The position numbers and the translations under genes are program-made. Positions 61,414 through 64,000 of a stretch of 64,000 bases of DNA are shown piece after piece. Location of the stretch: assembly GCA_047602735.1 (NCBI GenBank), contig JBLKOK010000004.1, positions 13,480-77,479 on the forward strand, written 5' to 3'. The stretch comes from Candidatus Woesearchaeota archaeon (GTDB taxonomy: Archaea > Nanobdellota > Nanobdellia > Woesearchaeales > 21-14-0-10-32-9). Under the pieces are notes generated by a model. The model searched no databases and was not told the origin of the DNA. It worked only from the letters and a program-made list of their open reading frames with translations. Each line of letters opens with the position of its first letter. Within the stretch, counting starts at the first letter, position 1.

Positions 61414-62835
61414 ATGAAAAAAGCATTAATTTTAACTTTACTAGTCTTGGCATTACCTTTTTTAATGCCACAAGTTCAAGCAATAGAGGTTGAAGTTCAA
61501 CCAATAGTTGACAGAATACCGCCTCAAGGAATAGCATCTTATAATATTACAATTACAAATCCTGAATCTAGGGACATATCTGTTAGCTGGTCTCTTAGTC
61601 CTGCTCAGGCAACAAATTGGATTATAAGTCCAAACAGTGTTTCTGTTCCTGCTTTAGATTCAAGATCTTTTACTCTAACTGCAATACCAAAAAGTGTTGT
61701 AATTCCTTCTCAATATAACTTGTTATTTGATTTTAGGTATTTGGGAATAAGTCAAGAAATTCGTATTCCTGCAAGGGTTGTAAGTGTAGACTCGGTCTTT
61801 GGATTTCAGCCTCACATATCTCTTGTTTTAGAACATGATAGACAAGCAGATCCAAGACAGCCTTATAGGGTATCTGTAACTGTTATAAATCAAAATCCTA
61901 GAAATTTAGAAAACTTACAAATAAGATTAGAAAGTCCTTTATTTTCAAGAGAGTTTGATCTTAATGTTTCTCCTAGTGGACAAATAACTAGGGAAGTACA
62001 ATTTGAAATAGATCCTCTTCAAGAACCAGGAACTTATCAGCTTTATGCAAGAGCATTTTATCCTGTAACTAATACTGTATTAAATGATAAGAGTTCTAAC
62101 TTTGAAGTTATATCCTACAGTGATATAATGCCTAGATTTGAAAGTAAAACTTCTTGGTTTAAAACAACACAAACTATTACTATAATAAATAATGGTAATG
62201 TGGCTAGAACAAAAGAAGTTGCACTTAAAGCTCCTTTTTATCAAAGATTATTCTTGTCTTCATCACAAGAATATGAAATTGTAAGTATTGATGGGTCTGC
62301 AAATGTTCAATGGGCTCCATTTTTACAACCTGCTGAACAAATAGATATAATTGTAACTAAAAATTATAGGCCGTTAGTTATAGTAATATTATTGTTATTG
62401 GTGGGTACTGTTTTATATTTTGTGTTGAGAAGTCCTTTAGTTGTTCAAAAACATGCATTTGTTATAAAACAACTAGAAGAAGGCGTTTCTGATATAAAAA
62501 TAAGGTTATATGTCAAAAATAGGTCCAAGAAGGTTATCTATAACATAAATATAAGTGATATGATTCCTAGAATAACTGAGTTTGTTCCAAGTAATCAGTT
62601 AGGGAGTCTAAAGCCTACAAAGGTTACAAATACGAGTAAAAAAGGAACTATACTTAATTGGAACTTTGAAAGTTTAGATGCTTTAGAAGAGAGAATTGTT
62701 ACTTATAAGATTAGAAGTACGCTCAGAATAGTGGGGGATTTATCATTACCTAAAGCAAGAGTTAAATTTGAAAATTCTGAAGGCAAAGAATCATTTGTTG
62801 ATTCTTCAACTGCTAAGTTTTTTTCTAAACAGTAA
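61414..62835 (+). CDS. cell-surface protein: signal peptide, beta-rich ectodomain, TM helix, DUF11/CARDB-like C-terminal domain
   Basis: ATG 61414 (MKKALILTLLVLALPFLMPQVQA) lies 8 nt after gggagg. TM helix RPLVIVILLLLVGTVLYFVL is at about residue 325. No catalytic motifs. Confidence 0.55.
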   Translation: MKKALILTLLVLALPFLMPQVQAIEVEVQPIVDRIPPQGIASYNITITNPESRDISVSWSLSPAQATNWIISPNSVSVPALDSRSFTLTAIPKSVVIPSQYNLLFDFRYLGISQEIRIPARVVSVDSVFGFQPHISLVLEHDRQADPRQPYRVSVTVINQNPRNLENLQIRLESPLFSREFDLNVSPSGQITREVQFEIDPLQEPGTYQLYARAFYPVTNTVLNDKSSNFEVISYSDIMPRFESKTSWFKTTQTITIINNGNVARTKEVALKAPFYQRLFLSSSQEYEIVSIDGSANVQWAPFLQPAEQIDIIVTKNYRPLVIVILLLLVGTVLYFVLRSPLVVQKHAFVIKQLEEGVSDIKIRLYVKNRSKKVIYNINISDMIPRITEFVPSNQLGSLKPTKVTNTSKKGTILNWNFESLDALEERIVTYKIRSTLRIVGDLSLPKARVKFENSEGKESFVDSSTAKFFSKQ

Positions 62836-62847
62836 TTTTTATATATT
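62834..62847 (+). promoter_or_regulatory. BRE/TATA-like promoter element for tRNA-Tyr (aaTTTTTATATAtt)
   Basis: TATA-like box at 62837-62846, 25 nt upstream of the tRNA 5' end (62871). Confidence 0.45.
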
Positions 62848-62870
62848 CACTTATTTTCTTTTCTTTTTAT

Positions 62871-62995
62871 CCCTCGGTAGCTCAACGGCAGAGCGTCCGG
62901 CTGTAGATATTGTTTGACTGCTCTGGTTTACAGAGTTGGATGAAAAATGATCAGCCGATACCGGAAGGCTGGGAGTTCAAATCTCCCCTGGGGGA
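62871..62995 (+). tRNA. tRNA-Tyr (anticodon GTA) with 53-nt intron at canonical 37/38
   Basis: Acceptor CCCTCGG/CTGGGGG gives a C1-G72 pair plus A73, the archaeal/eukaryal Tyr identity set. D arm GCTC-AACGGCA-GAGC. Anticodon stem TCCGG/CCGGA. Loop CTGTAGA is restored after removing 62907-62959. T arm GGGAG-TTCAAAT-CTCCC. Confidence 0.8.
62907..62959 (+). other. tRNA-Tyr intron (53 nt; boundary ambiguous by 1 nt because A flanks both junctions)
   Basis: Defined by restoring a 7-nt anticodon loop. An internal hairpin is CTCTG (62921-25) / CAGAG (62931-35). I could not draw a clean bulge-helix-bulge by eye. Confidence 0.6.
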
Positions 62996-63016
62996 TTCAT
63001 TTTTTTTTATCCACCA

Positions 63017-63031
63017 AAAGGTTTATAAATC
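63017..63031 (+). promoter_or_regulatory. BRE/TATA-like element (aaaagGTTTATAAATc)
   Basis: Strong match to the local promoter consensus, but it lies about 105 nt upstream of tRNA-Asp. The transcript it would start is unexplained. Confidence 0.35.
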
Positions 63032-63134
63032 GATTGTGTTTCCAAATGGTACATGAGTCATGATTTTAGAGCTCTATCAGATGGGGGAAAACTTCTGAAT
63101 TGAATTAATTTTCAATACAGATGTCTCTATGTTT

Positions 63135-63207
63135 GCCTTGGTAGTGTAGTGGCCTATCATGAAGCCCTGTCGAGGCTTCGACCCGGGTTCAAATCCCGGC
63201 CAGGGCG
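63135..63207 (+). tRNA. tRNA-Asp (anticodon GTC)
   Basis: 73 nt. Acceptor GCCTTGG/CCAGGGC. Anticodon arm AAGCC-CTGTCGA-GGCTT. T arm CCGGG-TTCAAAT-CCCGG. Confidence 0.9.
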
Positions 63208-63231
63208 TATAACCTTATCTTGACTCATGAC

Positions 63232-63305
63232 GGGTCGTTAGCTCAGCCTGGTAGAGCACTTGGCTTTTAACCAAGGTGTCGCGAGTTCGAATCTCGTACG
63301 ACCCA
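63232..63305 (+). tRNA. tRNA-Lys (anticodon TTT)
   Basis: 74 nt. Acceptor GGGTCGT/ACGACCC. D arm GCTC-AGCCTGGTA-GAGC. Anticodon arm CTTGG-CTTTTAA-CCAAG. T arm GCGAG-TTCGAAT-CTCGT. Confidence 0.9.
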
Positions 63306-63329
63306 TAACAATAATCGCGTGATATAAAA

Positions 63330-63575
63330 ATGGCTGAAAAAAAGAAAATACCTGTTGAACACATACTCGTCCCAGAACACATCAAGCTTTCTGAAGACGA
63401 TAAGAAGAAGTTGCTTGATTTTCACAATATTACAATAAGGGATTTACCTAAGATTTTGATTTCTGATCCTGCAATAAGGCATTTAGATGCTAAGGAAAAT
63501 GATATTATAAAAATTATTAGAAATAGTAGTACTGCTGGTAAATCAGTTTTTTATAGGGGGGTCGTAAATGAGTAA
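63330..63575 (+). CDS. rpoH: DNA-directed RNA polymerase subunit H (Rpo5)
   Basis: 81 aa. HILVPEHIKLSEDDKKKLLDFHNITIRDLPKILISDPAIRHL...DIIKIIRNSSTAGKSVFYRGVV is the canonical RpoH sequence pattern. Confidence 0.9.
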   Translation: MAEKKKIPVEHILVPEHIKLSEDDKKKLLDFHNITIRDLPKILISDPAIRHLDAKENDIIKIIRNSSTAGKSVFYRGVVNE

Positions 63576-64000
63576 ACAATCAAGTATATTATTATCAAAA
63601 TATTTTGAAGAAAACAGCTTTGTGGCTGGAAATATAAATTCTTTCAATAAATTTGTGGATGAAGAACTTCAAAATATAGTTGAAGAAAACAAAGAAGTTG
63701 AACCTACTATTATTCCTGCTAATGTCGAAAAATTTGTTATTAAATTAGATAAAATAACTGTTGGCAAGCCAGAGATTACTGAAGCAGATGGTTCTAAAAG
63801 AGATCTTATGCCTAGTGAAGCAAGAATTAGAAATTTAAGTTATGCTGCTCCTATTCATTTAGAAGTTAGTGCTCATGTTAATGGTGTTCAAAGAGAAAAT
63901 TTCACCACACAAATTGGTAGTCTTCCAATAATGTTAAAGTCTAAATATTGTCATCTAAGAAATTTAAGTAGAGATGATTTAATAAAAAGGGGAGAAGATC
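63568..64000 (+). CDS. rpoB: DNA-directed RNA polymerase subunit B (Rpo2), N-terminal part; continues beyond window
   Basis: ATG 63568 overlaps the rpoH stop. Translation MSKQSSILLSKYFEENSFVAGNINSFNKFVDEELQNIV...PSEARIRNLSYAAPIHLEV...IGSLPIMLKSKYCHL matches the Rpo2 N-terminus. Confidence 0.9.
   Translation, partial: MSKQSSILLSKYFEENSFVAGNINSFNKFVDEELQNIVEENKEVEPTIIPANVEKFVIKLDKITVGKPEITEADGSKRDLMPSEARIRNLSYAAPIHLEVSAHVNGVQRENFTTQIGSLPIMLKSKYCHLRNLSRDDLIKRGED

Noticed and set aside
62898-62957. Alternative fold of the tRNA-Tyr locus using CGGCTG/CAGCCG as the anticodon stem with a long variable arm (class II tRNA)
   Set aside because: It would leave extra nucleotides after the D arm and a poorly paired variable arm. 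The class I model gives a perfect 72-nt cloverleaf with the Tyr identity elements.
63040-63134. C/D-box sRNA between the promoter-like element and tRNA-Asp
   Set aside because: Only a CUGA (63095-63098) and imperfect UGAU-containing strings are present. There is no proper RUGAUGA C box or terminal stem, and the spacing is too short. Retained only as an unexplained interval.

Overview
The window is a strongly AT-rich (by eye), gene-dense chromosome segment. It holds about 90 protein genes and 7 tRNA genes, none encoding CCA, and no rRNA or CRISPR array.

The information-processing genes are clearly archaeal:
- Rpo7-Spt4-eS24-eS31 operon (1258-2567, minus strand)
- Pop5-PsmA-Sdo1-Rrp4-Rrp41-Rrp42-RpoK, then tRNA-Pro, then eL43-RpoP-Pcc1-PfdB-UPF0147 superoperon (47748-53899)
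- Cbf5, aIF5B, DRG GTPase, NucS, HerA
- a tRNA-Tyr/Asp/Lys cluster leading into rpoH-rpoB at the right edge

Small proteins, bacterial-type ThrRS and GatCAB, alpha-glucan catabolism genes and many lineage-specific hypotheticals suggest a DPANN-type (Woese-/Pacearchaeota-like) archaeon. This is inference, not a database result.

Other housekeeping content: a thyA / formyltransferase / folA / glyA operon with a dcd-like gene, GlgP, a GH13 amylase, PGM/PMM and PGI/PMI.

Observations most worth a second look:
1. A three-gene cassette of GCS2 ligase, GshB-like ATP-grasp ligase and a MATCAP/DUF1704 (HExxxH...EEGLA) peptidase (3934-7041).
2. A Tad-like type IV pilus locus with a split platform protein, two class-III-signal pilin-like proteins and a 23-cysteine secreted protein (7594-14989), with a DsbA-like oxidoreductase elsewhere in the window.
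3. A tRNA-Arg whose 3' end is duplicated about 600 bp downstream, around a single P-loop kinase gene, next to a 92-nt near-perfect poly-T tract.
4. A tRNA-Pro with a T-loop (59/60) intron in a readable bulge-helix-bulge motif, and a tRNA-Tyr with a 53-nt intron.
5. Loss of zinc-ribbon cysteines in both Spt4 and eS31, and acidic tails on eS24 and eS6.
6. Several uncharacterised operons: 33078-35404 with a LysM-like domain; HerA plus an MscS-like protein; 56476-58332.

All calls come from reading the sequence and ORF translations. No searches were run.
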